Source: an uncultured Acidobacteriota bacterium
GTDB lineage: Bacteria; Acidobacteriota; UBA6911
Reading direction: 5' to 3'
DNA length: 64,000 bases
Assembly (NCBI GenBank): GCA_963827655.1
Contig: CAWHCF010000029.1
Location: 173,410-237,409 of the forward strand
This document shows, piece by piece, positions 10,298 to 20,181 of the stretch. The notes under the pieces were generated by a model. That model ran no database searches and was not told where the DNA came from. It saw nothing but the letters and a program-made list of their open reading frames with translations. Every line of letters starts with the position of its first letter. Positions within the stretch are counted from its first letter, which is position 1. The position numbers were made by a program, and so were the translations under genes.

Positions 10298-11209
10298 ATG
10301 GCATGCATCCTGATCAGTGGTGGGAGCGGGTTTCTGGGACACAACCTGATCCTTGGGCTGGCGCGCGAACACCGCGTTATCGCGGGTTTTCACAGCACTC
10401 GACTCGACCTTGAGCGCGCCGTTGCTGTACACCTGGACGTCACCCAGCCAGCGCAACTGGCTGAACAATTCACCCGGCTAAAACCGGATCTGGTGGTTCA
10501 CGCGGCGGCTCTTTCCCAGCCCGACGAGTGCGAGAGGCACCCCGGGCGAGCGCAAGGCGTCATAGTCGACGGCAGCCGCAACATGGCGCAGGCATCGCGA
10601 GAGTTCGGGTTCCGTCTGATCCATATTTCTACCGATCTGGTTTTTGATGGAACGAAAGGAAACTACACGGAAGAAGATCAGGTGCGCGGAATCTCAGTTT
10701 ATTCGAGAGCGAAGATTGAAGCCGAAAGGATCGTGCGTGAAATTGCGCCCTCCGCAGTCATTCTTCGGATCGCCGTTCTCTACGGTCCCGGGAATCGCGA
10801 TCATCCCGGATTCGTAGATACCGTGATGGCGCGCTGGCGCTCAGGTCAGCCCATGACCTTTTATGTCGATCAGTATCGAACGCCGACGTTTGCGCCCCAG
10901 GTCGCCGACGTGGTCCAGAATCTGTTACTTCATCCCGAATCAGCCGGGGTGTTTCACATGGGAGGGAGCGACCGGCTGTCGCGCTACGATTTCGGCCTGC
11001 TTCTCGCCCGTCAAGTCGGAGCGCCAGGATCTCTTGTGCAGGCCGGCAGCATGTGGGACACGGCAGGAGCCGCGCCACGGGGAGCCGATTGCTCGCTGGT
11101 CTCCACCAAGATTGTCGAGCTTCTTGGGGTGAAACCTCTCGCGTGCGCCGAAGGCCTGAAAAAAATGTGCCGCGACGGTTATCTGTTGTCCCTGAGCCGT
11201 TCCGATTGA
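10298..11209 (+). CDS. dTDP-4-dehydrorhamnose reductase-like (RmlD/MAT2B family) SDR
   Basis: GGSGFLG, HISTDLVFDG, YSRAK and DQYRTPT. Confidence 0.85.
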   Translation: MACILISGGSGFLGHNLILGLAREHRVIAGFHSTRLDLERAVAVHLDVTQPAQLAEQFTRLKPDLVVHAAALSQPDECERHPGRAQGVIVDGSRNMAQASREFGFRLIHISTDLVFDGTKGNYTEEDQVRGISVYSRAKIEAERIVREIAPSAVILRIAVLYGPGNRDHPGFVDTVMARWRSGQPMTFYVDQYRTPTFAPQVADVVQNLLLHPESAGVFHMGGSDRLSRYDFGLLLARQVGAPGSLVQAGSMWDTAGAAPRGADCSLVSTKIVELLGVKPLACAEGLKKMCRDGYLLSLSRSD

Positions 11210-11298
11210 CGATTGACGATTTTAGGATTGAACGATTTGACTTGCTTTGATAGTTTGCGTTAACCACGACCCCAAGGTCGTCAATCGTTAAATCGGGA
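11203..11298. repeat. 7-nt-period repeat family, inverted pair
   Basis: cgattgacgattgacgattt ... gtcgtcaatcgttaaatcg. Confidence 0.8.
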
Positions 11299-11317
11299 AT
11301 GTGTTAAGCTGAACGCC

Positions 11318-12151
11318 ATGAGTTTCCAGCTGTCATCATCTTTCAGCCAGTCCTGCGCCTATTGCGGCGGATCGGGGTGGGAGAGAATCGAAGTTACGGG
11401 TACAGTCCGGCGCTGTCGCTGCGGTGAGTCGTTGCGTACCGAGCGGCTCCTTGCGGAGGCCAGGATTCCGCGACGCTACGAACATTGCGATCTCGATTCG
11501 TACCATCCGAACGACCCAACCCAGAAAAGAGCCAAGACGGATGTAATCCGATTTCTGGAGAAGTATCCCCTGATCGACGTAGGTCTGCTCTTTCTCGGGT
11601 CGTGCGGGGTAGGGAAGACGCATCTGGCCGTGTCTATACTTCGGCAGGTGATTGCGGAAAAAGGCGACCCGGGGCTCTTTTTTGATTTTCGCGACTTGTT
11701 GCGCGAGATCCAGGGGAGCTGGAACACCATTTCCCAGACTTCGGAGATGGAAGTGCTCCGTCCGGTGCTCGAAGCCAAGGTCCTTGTGCTCGATGAGCTC
11801 GGAGCCAACAAGCCGACCGAATGGGTGAGAGACACGATCGCGCACATCATTAACTGCCGCTACAACGATAAGAGGTTGACGATTTTTACCTCGAACTATG
11901 TCGATGAGCCCGTGCGCCACGGAGAGCAGACGCTGGCGGACCGGATCGAAGTTCGAGAGGAGACGCTGGCAGACCGCATCGGAGTTCGGCTGCGCTCGAG
12001 GCTTTTCGAGATGTGCAAGGTGATAGAGATCCGAGGCGATGACTTCCGCCGGCAGATCAAACAAGCGCCAGTATCGATTCTGATCATTACGATTGACGAT
12101 TTACGATTGACTGACGATTGGCTTGATGGCTTGCATTGGGCACCAAACTAA
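11318..12151 (+). CDS. DnaC/IstB-like AAA+ ATPase with N-terminal Zn-finger (candidate helicase loader); true stop probably near 12083
   Basis: CAYCGGSGW...RCRC, Walker A GSCGVGKT, Walker B LVLDELG, TSN and RLRSRL. Confidence 0.85.
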   Translation: MSFQLSSSFSQSCAYCGGSGWERIEVTGTVRRCRCGESLRTERLLAEARIPRRYEHCDLDSYHPNDPTQKRAKTDVIRFLEKYPLIDVGLLFLGSCGVGKTHLAVSILRQVIAEKGDPGLFFDFRDLLREIQGSWNTISQTSEMEVLRPVLEAKVLVLDELGANKPTEWVRDTIAHIINCRYNDKRLTIFTSNYVDEPVRHGEQTLADRIEVREETLADRIGVRLRSRLFEMCKVIEIRGDDFRRQIKQAPVSILIITIDDLRLTDDWLDGLHWAPN

Positions 12152-12182
12152 ATCGTCAATCGTCAATCGTAAATCGTAAATC
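12089..12182. repeat. 7-nt-period repeat family, inverted pair between convergent genes
   Basis: acgattgacgatttacgattgactgacgattg ... aaatcgtcaatcgtcaatcgtaaatcgtaaatc. Confidence 0.85.
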
Positions 12183-12624
12183 AAAATGGGATATCGTCGT
12201 CGGTGATGCCGGGTTCGCCCAGGGCTTCGTCACTCTCGGCGGCAGTCTTGTTGGGACGAGGAGCGCTGGTTCCCCCCGCCTCCATTCCCTCGGGACGGCT
12301 TCCGAGCAGCACTAACTGGCTGGCAACGACCTCGACCGTGCGGCGTTTATTTCCGTCACGGTCATCCCACTCGCGGGTGCGAAGCCGCCCTTCGATATAG
12401 ACCTGGCGCCCCTTGGTCAGGTAGCGCTTACTGAGATCCGCGAGCTTTTTCCAGGCCACGATGTTGTGCCACTCGGTGCGCTCCTGGCGCGTTCCGTTCT
12501 TATCAGTCCAGAAGTCGCTCGTGGCAAGACTGAAGTTTGCAACCGGCGAGCCGTCGGTGGTATAGCGGATCTCAGGATCCTTGCCGAGGCGGCCAATGAG
12601 CAAGACCTTGTTTAACGAGCTCAT
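12181..12624 (-). CDS. ssb: single-stranded DNA-binding protein
   Basis: LNKVLLIGRLGKDPE, TEWHNIV and a C-terminal DDDIPF. Confidence 0.97.
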   Translation of the reverse strand: MSSLNKVLLIGRLGKDPEIRYTTDGSPVANFSLATSDFWTDKNGTRQERTEWHNIVAWKKLADLSKRYLTKGRQVYIEGRLRTREWDDRDGNKRRTVEVVASQLVLLGSRPEGMEAGGTSAPRPNKTAAESDEALGEPGITDDDIPF

Positions 12625-12748
12625 AAATTATCCCTGAGCCGGACAAAAACCGGACCTGAACAGCGGTGTTGGCGAGTTGCTGACAATCGGTGGGTCGTTA
12701 CCCATTAAGAACAGTTTCGGTTGCGGCCTCATTCAAAAGACCGTCGCG

Positions 12749-13609
12749 TTACGACTTGCGACGGGGAGGGCTGGGTTTGGCTAACCTTGACGGGTCAACT
12801 CCAAGAGATTCTAGCTGGCTGCGGGCCAGTCCGGCCTCAGGTGCGTTAGGGTAGCGCTGAAGGACCGTCTTGAAGTCCTCCACCGCATTCTCTTTTTCCT
12901 TGAGAGCAACCTCGGCCAGTCCTCGCTTGTAAAGACTGCTCGCAACTTTGTCGCCCGCAGGGAAATCGTTCAGTATCTTGGTGAAAGCCGCGACGGCCTC
13001 CGGCAGCTTCTTGCTGTTGTAGTAGGCTTCGCCTATATAGTACTGAGCGTCGTCGGCCTTCTCGCTGGTGGGAAAGTTGGTTACGAAAGAAGAGAAGCCC
13101 TGGACCGCGAGATCCGTGTTTCCCTGGACCAAGTCACTGAACGCCTCGTTGAAGATTGTGTCGGCCGACATTGAAAGCGAACCGGGATCGCCCCCGGACG
13201 CTTGAAAACGTCGTTCGGTTATCGGCTTGGACTGCACCTTCAGTTCGCTTACCTGCTGCGCCAGCGCCGAAATGCGCGTTCCCGTATCATCGATTTTTTG
13301 ATTCAGACTACGTACCTCTTGAAGCAGACCCTGGTTGCTGGATCGGTCGCTGGCCGCTTGAGTCTCCAGCAGGGTGGAAATCTTTCCCAGCAGGGCATTG
13401 GATTTGCCCATCTGGTCGTTGAGCTGACCTACCAGGCCTTTCAGACCCTCCGTCTGCTCGCTTACGGTTTTTTCGAGCAAGCGGATCTGGTTGGTCAACG
13501 CGAGGACATCGGTTTGAAGGCGGAGCAGATCTTCTTTTGTTCCGCCCTGGGCCGAGGGTGAAGCCCCGAGCACGACGCCGAGAAGAAAACAGCAAGTTAT
13601 TCGCTTCAT
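12749..13609 (-). CDS. cpoB: Tol-Pal system TPR protein CpoB/YbgF
   Basis: signal peptide, coiled coil, then TPRs (AQYYIGEAYY); lies downstream of pal. Confidence 0.85.
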   Translation of the reverse strand: MKRITCCFLLGVVLGASPSAQGGTKEDLLRLQTDVLALTNQIRLLEKTVSEQTEGLKGLVGQLNDQMGKSNALLGKISTLLETQAASDRSSNQGLLQEVRSLNQKIDDTGTRISALAQQVSELKVQSKPITERRFQASGGDPGSLSMSADTIFNEAFSDLVQGNTDLAVQGFSSFVTNFPTSEKADDAQYYIGEAYYNSKKLPEAVAAFTKILNDFPAGDKVASSLYKRGLAEVALKEKENAVEDFKTVLQRYPNAPEAGLARSQLESLGVDPSRLAKPSPPRRKS

Positions 13610-13670
13610 TCGATATCTCCGTGCGAAAATTCACTGCATTATTTCACACGCAGAGCGAGGCTTCAACCAG

Positions 13671-13712
13671 ATGCTTCCGCATTCTTCGCGCCCTGGTGTC
13701 TTCGCAGTGAAT
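13671..13712. repeat. 9-nt-period repeat family, single arm
   Basis: attcttcgcgccctggtgtcttcgcagtgaa. Confidence 0.6.
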
Positions 13713-13780
13713 GAAGTCAGACTGCCAGAAGATGCAAACGCCTGGCTTTCCATCGGCTTCAAACCTTGCCGTCGAGGCTG

Positions 13781-14546
13781 CTATTTCAGAACGAAGTGAG
13801 CCCGGCGGTTCTTGGACCAGGCTGTTTCATTGTGTCCAGGATCAAAGGGGCGTTCCTCGCCGTAGCTGACAGCTTTCGACGCGTCCCGCTCCGATTCCCT
13901 GGGCTACGAGGAATTCCTTGGTCGCGTTCGCGCGCCGGTCACCTAGCGCCAGGTTATATTTTTCCGATCCCCGTTCGTCACAATGTCCTTCAATCGTGAA
14001 ATTCAGGTGCGCTCGTTCAGCGAGGCCGCGCGCGTTGGACTGCAACGTAGTGCGAGCGTCGTCGCGAATGGCATACTCGTCGTAATCGAAAAAGATATCG
14101 TCAATGTTCGTGGTGAACCATGCTTCATCGGCCACCAGGGTGGATTTCGGCGGGGGCGTTGCGGTGGCTTCAGTCACCGTAACTCGGGCGCTGGTATTCG
14201 CGCTGCCTCCTGGACCCGATGCTTTTGCCGTATAGGTGATGGAAGCCGCCGGAGTCACCTGTCGGCTGCCGCTGGCTTCGACGGTTCCGATTCCCCCGTC
14301 GATCGTGACACTGGTCGCTTCGGTGGAATTCCATTTCAGCGTGGAAGCCTGGCCGCTGGTGATCGTCGATGGGGAGGCTTCCAAGGCGATGGTCGGAGCC
14401 GGAGCGGATGGTTTGGACGGGGGAGCCGGCGGGGCCGGCGGGGCTGATGGCGGCACGGTAGCCACCTTCTTTTTGGCGCACCCTGACTCGGCGACAAAAA
14501 GGGCGGCCAAGAGGAGAACCAAGAACGTGCAACTAGACTTCCTCAT
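13781..14546 (-). CDS. pal: peptidoglycan-associated lipoprotein Pal (apparent +1 frameshift near 13875)
   Basis: lipobox ESGC and [22 protein letters not shown]; the shifted frame continues VSYGEERP...[12 protein letters not shown]. Confidence 0.92.
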
Positions 14547-14846
14547 GAATCAAGACCTCCTTCTTCTGAGCTGATAATGGTGGTTATTGCACTAAGTAGG
14601 TTAAGAGTTTCCGCTGCCCTGCCTTGCACATTCAGTGTTAACTGACGGAATCACTATAGCATAGCCCCGCAGTCAAGTTGAAAGAAATCAGCGTTCTGGG
14701 GCCCTGTCCAAACTTTTCCTGGTAAAGGGCCGTCGGTCAGTGGTCGCGCAGCTGTGCCGCAGGATAACGCCCCTGTTCACGACGTTCTCGTCGGATCCAC
14801 CGGGCCCTTTCAGGAATCGACTCAGAGGCCTGGTTTTCAGCGCCTC

Positions 14847-16181
14847 TCAATCATTTCGGACGTATCCACCCCAAGAGGGACTGGTGTTCGTGCCCTGAGA
14901 GGTCACCATTCGGATCTCGGAACGATCCGCCAGCATCACGTAGATCTGGGAACTTCCGCTCCGCGTTGACTGAAAAGCCAGATGCCGGCTATCCGGAGCC
15001 CAGGATGGGCTTTCATTGCTGCCGGCTCCGCTTGTGAGCTGGAATATCTTCCCCGAGCTCACTTCGGCCATGTAAATGTCATAGCTGTCCGCCTGCCTGG
15101 GCTTCCAATGAAAAGCGATCCAGCGTCCATCCGGTGACCAGGAGGGAGAGTCAGCGTCGCCGCCTTCTTTTACCATCCGACGAACGTTGCCGCCGTCGAC
15201 ATCGGCCACATAGATCTGTCCCGCGCCCTCGCGATTTGATACGAACGAGATTTGTTTCCCGGATGGAGACCAAGTGGGCGAAGTATCAATCGAGGCGTGG
15301 TTCGTGACGTTGCGCCGGTCGGATCCGTCCAGCTTGGAACCGAAAATATCAGTATCCCCTCGCGACGTTCTCAGTGAATAGATCAGTTGGGTGCCATCGG
15401 GGGAGATTGCCGGTGTGGACACGAAAGTACCGAACATAGGGAAAGGAAGACGTGAGCCATCAAGATACGAATGGAGATCGATTTCCCACTTGCCGGTTCG
15501 ATTACTCACAAAAGCCAGCTTCGAGTTGTCGGCAGCCCAGACAGGGAACAGGTTGAGCGCTCCGTTGTGGGTGAAGGAACGCTGGTCATTTCCATCATAA
15601 TCCATGACGTAGATTTCCTTGGCGCCGCCCCGGCGGGACGAGTAGGCGATCTTTGTGGATGCGATTCCGCGTGATGCTCCTGCCGTCAGTTTATACACGA
15701 TCTCGTCGGCCCAACGGTGCGCTATGGCCCGGATTGTATCGGCATCGCCCTGGATGTTCTGGCCGAAGGCCATCGTCCTCTGCTTCATGTCCAAGAGACG
15801 CAGCTCCGCGCGCAGGACGCCTCCGCTCAGATCCAGCGATCCGAAGGTCATGAAACTCACCTTGAACGGCAGCCCACTCCACGCCTCGTAGTTAATGTCT
15901 TCAGGACGAGATGCAGCTTGTGGGGGATAGAAGCTCTTACCGGCCATAGTGAAGTAGCCGGAGAATTTCAGATCATCCCAAAGAACTTGATTGAAGGTTT
16001 TCAGCGCGCTTGCCAGTTCCGCGGTTCGTTCGGGAGTTCTGGACTGAACGTCCGGAACCGCCAGGATAATCTCCTCGAGCGCAGTTGGACGAATTGGAAT
16101 CGGCGGCCTGTCTTGCGTGCGCAGGTTCGTTGTCACGCCGGCTAGAAGTACCATCCAGAACAGTGATCTTCGAACTGACAT
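14847..16181 (-). CDS. tolB: Tol-Pal beta-propeller protein TolB
   Basis: AHRWADEI, MDYDG and repeated SP.WSPDG (PD40) units; AAGGAG RBS before the ATG at 16181. Confidence 0.92.
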   Translation of the reverse strand: MSVRRSLFWMVLLAGVTTNLRTQDRPPIPIRPTALEEIILAVPDVQSRTPERTAELASALKTFNQVLWDDLKFSGYFTMAGKSFYPPQAASRPEDINYEAWSGLPFKVSFMTFGSLDLSGGVLRAELRLLDMKQRTMAFGQNIQGDADTIRAIAHRWADEIVYKLTAGASRGIASTKIAYSSRRGGAKEIYVMDYDGNDQRSFTHNGALNLFPVWAADNSKLAFVSNRTGKWEIDLHSYLDGSRLPFPMFGTFVSTPAISPDGTQLIYSLRTSRGDTDIFGSKLDGSDRRNVTNHASIDTSPTWSPSGKQISFVSNREGAGQIYVADVDGGNVRRMVKEGGDADSPSWSPDGRWIAFHWKPRQADSYDIYMAEVSSGKIFQLTSGAGSNESPSWAPDSRHLAFQSTRSGSSQIYVMLADRSEIRMVTSQGTNTSPSWGGYVRND

Positions 16182-16202
16182 CTCGCTCCTTGGTAAGGAC
16201 AA

Positions 16203-17045
16203 TTATTGATTGGGTGGATGAATAAACTGGGCCATGAACTGAACCGGCCGTCCCCGCAGTTGTGGAGGCAGAGGCGGGAGCGGCGGCGAGGTCGATGCGC
16301 GTATAGCGCGCTCGGCTGTGAGGTCCAGAAGATCGTTACCGGACGACTTCTCCTTCTTGATGTCTCCAATGGTGCCATCATTGGCGATAAAGAAGCTGTA
16401 GACGATCTCGATGCGTCCAACCTCCGTCGCAGGCCGGATCCAGTTAGAGCCGATGCGTTGTTCCACCATTCGGGCGTACCAGAGGTCACCCAATCCTCCC
16501 GACCCCGAGCCGAGCGACACGCCGACCCCGGCGCCACGCCCGCCTCCGCTACCCCCCGCTAAGCCCCCCGTACCACCGGCGCCGGGCTGGGGTGCCGTCG
16601 GGATGACCTGGGTGTCTGGGACCTCCTTTTTCTCCTTTTTCGCCTGCGGCTTTTGGGGTTCAACAGTGTTCGGGAGGGGTACGGCGGCCTCTTTCGCTGG
16701 TTTTTCCGGTTCGGAAGGGGGTTTCGGAAGCGGTACTACGGTCTCTTTCTCGACTGGTTTTTCCTCCGGCAGGGCAGGAGGCTGGGGTACCAGCGAGGGC
16801 TTGATCATGCCCGCGCCGCCCCCAAGATCGTCTGCGACGCCGACTGTATATGCGGCTCCTCCGGTCCCTCCGCCCGGGCCTGTTCCCAGAACGATAGGAA
16901 CAGGTCTAGGAAACAAGTAAGGAGCCGCGAGGAAAAACAGCGCCCCGGCCAGATGAACTACAATGGAAAACATGAAGGCGCGACCGTATCTCTCTTTGTA
17001 AAGCGGAAATTCGAGAAGGGTCCCGTGAGCCGGAAGTTTGCTCAT
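16203..17045 (-). CDS. TolA/TonB-family energy transducer
   Basis: N-terminal TM containing SIVVH, Pro/Gly-rich linker, C-terminal SSGN..LD..A.RAI. Confidence 0.85.
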   Translation of the reverse strand: MSKLPAHGTLLEFPLYKERYGRAFMFSIVVHLAGALFFLAAPYLFPRPVPIVLGTGPGGGTGGAAYTVGVADDLGGGAGMIKPSLVPQPPALPEEKPVEKETVVPLPKPPSEPEKPAKEAAVPLPNTVEPQKPQAKKEKKEVPDTQVIPTAPQPGAGGTGGLAGGSGGGRGAGVGVSLGSGSGGLGDLWYARMVEQRIGSNWIRPATEVGRIEIVYSFFIANDGTIGDIKKEKSSGNDLLDLTAERAIRASTSPPLPPLPPQLRGRPVQFMAQFIHPPNQ

Positions 17046-17059
17046 GACAATAAGGATAG

Positions 17060-17485
17060 TTACTTGCCGGCAGAAGTTTTAAATTCTTTTGTTACCAGCT
17101 GGATTTTTTTGTAGCCTGCGCCCCGCACCGCATCGATGACCGACACAATGGATCCCCACTTAACGTCCTTGTCGGCTCGAAGGAATATGTCGTCATCGGG
17201 ACCCTTGGCGTCCTTGTTAAGCCGTTCGCCGATAGTCGAGAAGTTGATCGACTCGGATCCATAGTAAATCAGTCCGTCCCGGCTGATCGAGAGGACGATA
17301 CGCTGCTCGGGATTCACTGAAGTGACGTTGCGGGTCTCCGGCAATTGAACGTCGATGCCGGTCTGCAAAATCGGAGCCGTCACCATGAAGATGACAAGCA
17401 GGACGAGCATGACATCCACCAGCGGGGTGACGTTGATCTCCGAGAGGGAAGTAGCCGTCCGACCCTGCGGGGTGGTGAAAGCCAT
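17060..17485 (-). CDS. tolR: TolR/ExbD
   Basis: SEINVTPLVDVMLVLLVIFMVTAP. Confidence 0.9.
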   Translation of the reverse strand: MAFTTPQGRTATSLSEINVTPLVDVMLVLLVIFMVTAPILQTGIDVQLPETRNVTSVNPEQRIVLSISRDGLIYYGSESINFSTIGERLNKDAKGPDDDIFLRADKDVKWGSIVSVIDAVRGAGYKKIQLVTKEFKTSAGK

Positions 17486-18222
17486 CAGGTGAAACTCCGC
17501 TCGACGAGGTTCAAGAATTCGGCAGAAAAGTCATCTATTTCGCCGGCGATGTTCTTGATCCGGTGGACAAACTGATTGTACGCGACTACCGCAGGAATGG
17601 CTGCAAACAGGCCGGCTGCGGTGGCTACCAGGGCGTCGGCGATCCCGGGGGCCACCGCCTGGATTGATGTTGTCTTCTCGAGTCCCAGCCCCTCAAAGGC
17701 GCTGATGATCCCGACGACGGTGCCTAGAAGGCCGATGAACGGCGTTACGGAGCCTGTGGTTGCCAACCAGCTTAGATTCCTTTCCAGAATGGAGAGTTCG
17801 GCCGCGGCCGCTCTTTGCAAGGTCCGATGAATCGCCGTTACGTTCCGTTCAGTCAGAACGGGATGACCGGGATTGGGCGACACCTCGGCGGACTTGGCCT
17901 TCAAGCTTTGAAGTTGGACGTTTAACTCCTGATAGGCAGCGGCGAAGAGTCCGGAGAGCGGCGTGCGTCGATAGTGTTCGCAGGCTGAACTGACTTCACT
18001 GAGCCGCGGGGTCCGGCGGAAGAAAGCCACAAATTTCCGGTTCTGCTTCTCAATGGTGCCGAAGGTGAGCCACTTTCGAAGGATGATCGTCCACGAGAGC
18101 AGCGAGAAAGCGAGCAGGAGGAACAGAATCGACAACGAGAAGGGACTGCGGCCGGCCAGACTGAGCGGGTTACGCGCCAGCTGCGCCTCCCCTTCCAGAA
18201 CCTGCAGCAGAACAAACCCCAA
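17485..18222 (-). CDS. tolQ: TolQ/ExbB
   Basis: PFIGLLGTV.GI and VAPGIADALVATAAGLFAAIPAV. Confidence 0.9.
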   Translation of the reverse strand: MGFVLLQVLEGEAQLARNPLSLAGRSPFSLSILFLLLAFSLLSWTIILRKWLTFGTIEKQNRKFVAFFRRTPRLSEVSSACEHYRRTPLSGLFAAAYQELNVQLQSLKAKSAEVSPNPGHPVLTERNVTAIHRTLQRAAAAELSILERNLSWLATTGSVTPFIGLLGTVVGIISAFEGLGLEKTTSIQAVAPGIADALVATAAGLFAAIPAVVAYNQFVHRIKNIAGEIDDFSAEFLNLVERSFT

Positions 18223-18324
18223 CAGGATTACGATCGCGTCCTCCCCGATGCTCCAACAACGAATAATTTCAAATTACAGGTACCACTAGCTCGCGGCGTA
18301 AGTCTAGCACATTAGCTTTGTGAT

Positions 18325-18403
18325 TTGTTTCTTGGCGTCTTGGTTTCTTGGTGGTTACTGCGCAAGGACAAGAGCCACCTCCAAGACGCGAAGACGCGAA
18401 GGG
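18325..18403. repeat. 9-nt-period repeat family, inverted pair
   Basis: ttcttggcgtcttggtttcttggtggtta ... ccaagacgcgaagacgcgaag. Confidence 0.8.
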
Positions 18404-18441
18404 GTTTCGCGCTTGCCGCCATGTGCTACACTGAATCTGCG

Positions 18442-20157
18442 ATGCTCCGCTTCATTCGAATTCGCAATTTCGCTCTTATCCGCGCGCTGGAGATCGAATT
18501 CGGGTCAGGCCTGAACCTGCTTACCGGGGAGACCGGGTCCGGCAAGTCCATTCTGGTGGACGCTCTCGGTATGCTGGTCGGGGAAAGAGCATCCCAGGAG
18601 ATGGTGCGCTCGGGTTCCGAACAGGCGGTGCTGGAAGGAGTCTTCTCCCTGGAAAGATCCGAAGGGTCGCTTGAAGCTCTGCGAGAGGCGGGTTTGGAGC
18701 CTGAGGATGATTCACTCGTGATCCGGAGGGAGATCTCCGCGGCCGGACGGAATCGAGTCTTCATCAACAACAGTCTCTCCACGCTTGCGCTCTTGAAAAC
18801 CATCGGCGACCAGCTGGTTGACATTCACGGGCAGCATGATCATCAGTCGCTCCTTGAGGTCAGCCGCCATTTGGATCTCCTCGATGAGTATGGCGCAAAT
18901 AGCGCGATGGTGCAGGAAGTCGGAGAGCGCCACGGGCGAATGCAGAGAATCGCCAGGCAGCTCGAATCAGGACGAATCGACGAACAGGAGAGGCTCAAGA
19001 GAATCGATATCCTGCAATATCAGCTGGATGAAATACGTCGAGCGGAACTCCGGGCGGGCGAAAGAGAAGAGCTCGAAAATGAGAAGGGAATTCTCGGCAA
19101 CCGGGAAAGGATTTTCAGTCTGACGAGCGAGCTCTATGAGCTGGCATACGAAGGCGAGCAGTCAGTGCTCGCTCACCTCAACCGGTTGTCCCGGCTGCTT
19201 CAGGAACTGGAAGGTTTCGATAGCAGATGGTCGGCGCACAGGGAGGCGATTGCCGAGAGCCGCTACCGGCTCGAAGACCTTGCCTTCTCCGCGCGCGACT
19301 ACACGGCGGAAATCGACTTCAGTCCCGACCGGCTGGAGCAGGTGGAGCAGAGGTTGTCGGAGCTGGACCGCCTGACCCGAAAATATGGACACTCCGTGAC
19401 CGAGACCCTAAAATATGCCGACAGATGTGAAGCCGAGTTGCAGGATCTGATCTCGTACACCGATAGATCGAAGCAGCTGGAAAGGGAGTTGGAGGAGGAA
19501 CTGAAAAACTACCTGGTCTGCGCCCAGGAGCTTTCCGAGAGACGGCGCAAGAATGCGCGGCAGCTCGAAAGGGACATTAAAAAAGAACTGCGCGCCCTTT
19601 CGATGGACAGGACCGAGTTCAGCGTGCGCCTGTTCCGGCGCGAAGGGGCGCAGGATGGTTGGATTCCCGCGCACTGCGGGCCGAACGGAATCGATCAGGG
19701 GGAGTTTCTGGTTTCACCCAACAAGGGGGAAGAGCTGAAGCCTCTCGCCAGGATCGCCTCGGGAGGAGAGCTCTCGCGCTTGACGCTCTCGCTGCGATGT
19801 CTGTGCGGCGGCGGCGAATCGGGAAAAACGCTGGTGTTTGATGAAGTCGATTCGGGGATCGGCGGACGAGTGGCGGAAGCAGTGGGACGGCGGCTGCGCG
19901 ACATCGCCCGGCGTCATCAGGTATTGTGTGTCACGCATTTGCCTCAGATCGCGGCGTTCGCCACCGAGCATTTCAGTGTGCGGAAAGAGGCCGTCGGCCC
20001 TCGCACCGAGACGCTTGTGGAGCGTCTGGCCGACTCGGCCCGAGTCGAGGAACTGGCGCGCATGCTGGGAGGCGAAACCATCACGGAAACCACACGCCGG
20101 CACGCGCGGGAAATGATGACTCACTCCCGGCGAGCCGAAGAGCGCGCGGTTCCCTAA
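18442..20157 (+). CDS. recN: DNA repair protein RecN
   Basis: IRNFALI, TGETGSGKS, IHGQH, ASGGELSR, FDEVDSG and VTHLPQIA. Confidence 0.96.
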   Translation: MLRFIRIRNFALIRALEIEFGSGLNLLTGETGSGKSILVDALGMLVGERASQEMVRSGSEQAVLEGVFSLERSEGSLEALREAGLEPEDDSLVIRREISAAGRNRVFINNSLSTLALLKTIGDQLVDIHGQHDHQSLLEVSRHLDLLDEYGANSAMVQEVGERHGRMQRIARQLESGRIDEQERLKRIDILQYQLDEIRRAELRAGEREELENEKGILGNRERIFSLTSELYELAYEGEQSVLAHLNRLSRLLQELEGFDSRWSAHREAIAESRYRLEDLAFSARDYTAEIDFSPDRLEQVEQRLSELDRLTRKYGHSVTETLKYADRCEAELQDLISYTDRSKQLERELEEELKNYLVCAQELSERRRKNARQLERDIKKELRALSMDRTEFSVRLFRREGAQDGWIPAHCGPNGIDQGEFLVSPNKGEELKPLARIASGGELSRLTLSLRCLCGGGESGKTLVFDEVDSGIGGRVAEAVGRRLRDIARRHQVLCVTHLPQIAAFATEHFSVRKEAVGPRTETLVERLADSARVEELARMLGGETITETTRRHAREMMTHSRRAEERAVP

Positions 20158-20181
20158 TAAGGAGCGAGTCCGGATCGAAGT

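Noticed and set aside
11318-12624. DnaC/IstB ATPase + ssb as an IS21 element or prophage replication module
   Set aside because: There is no IstA transposase, phage initiator or other phage gene. The two genes are convergent and ssb is the canonical host type.
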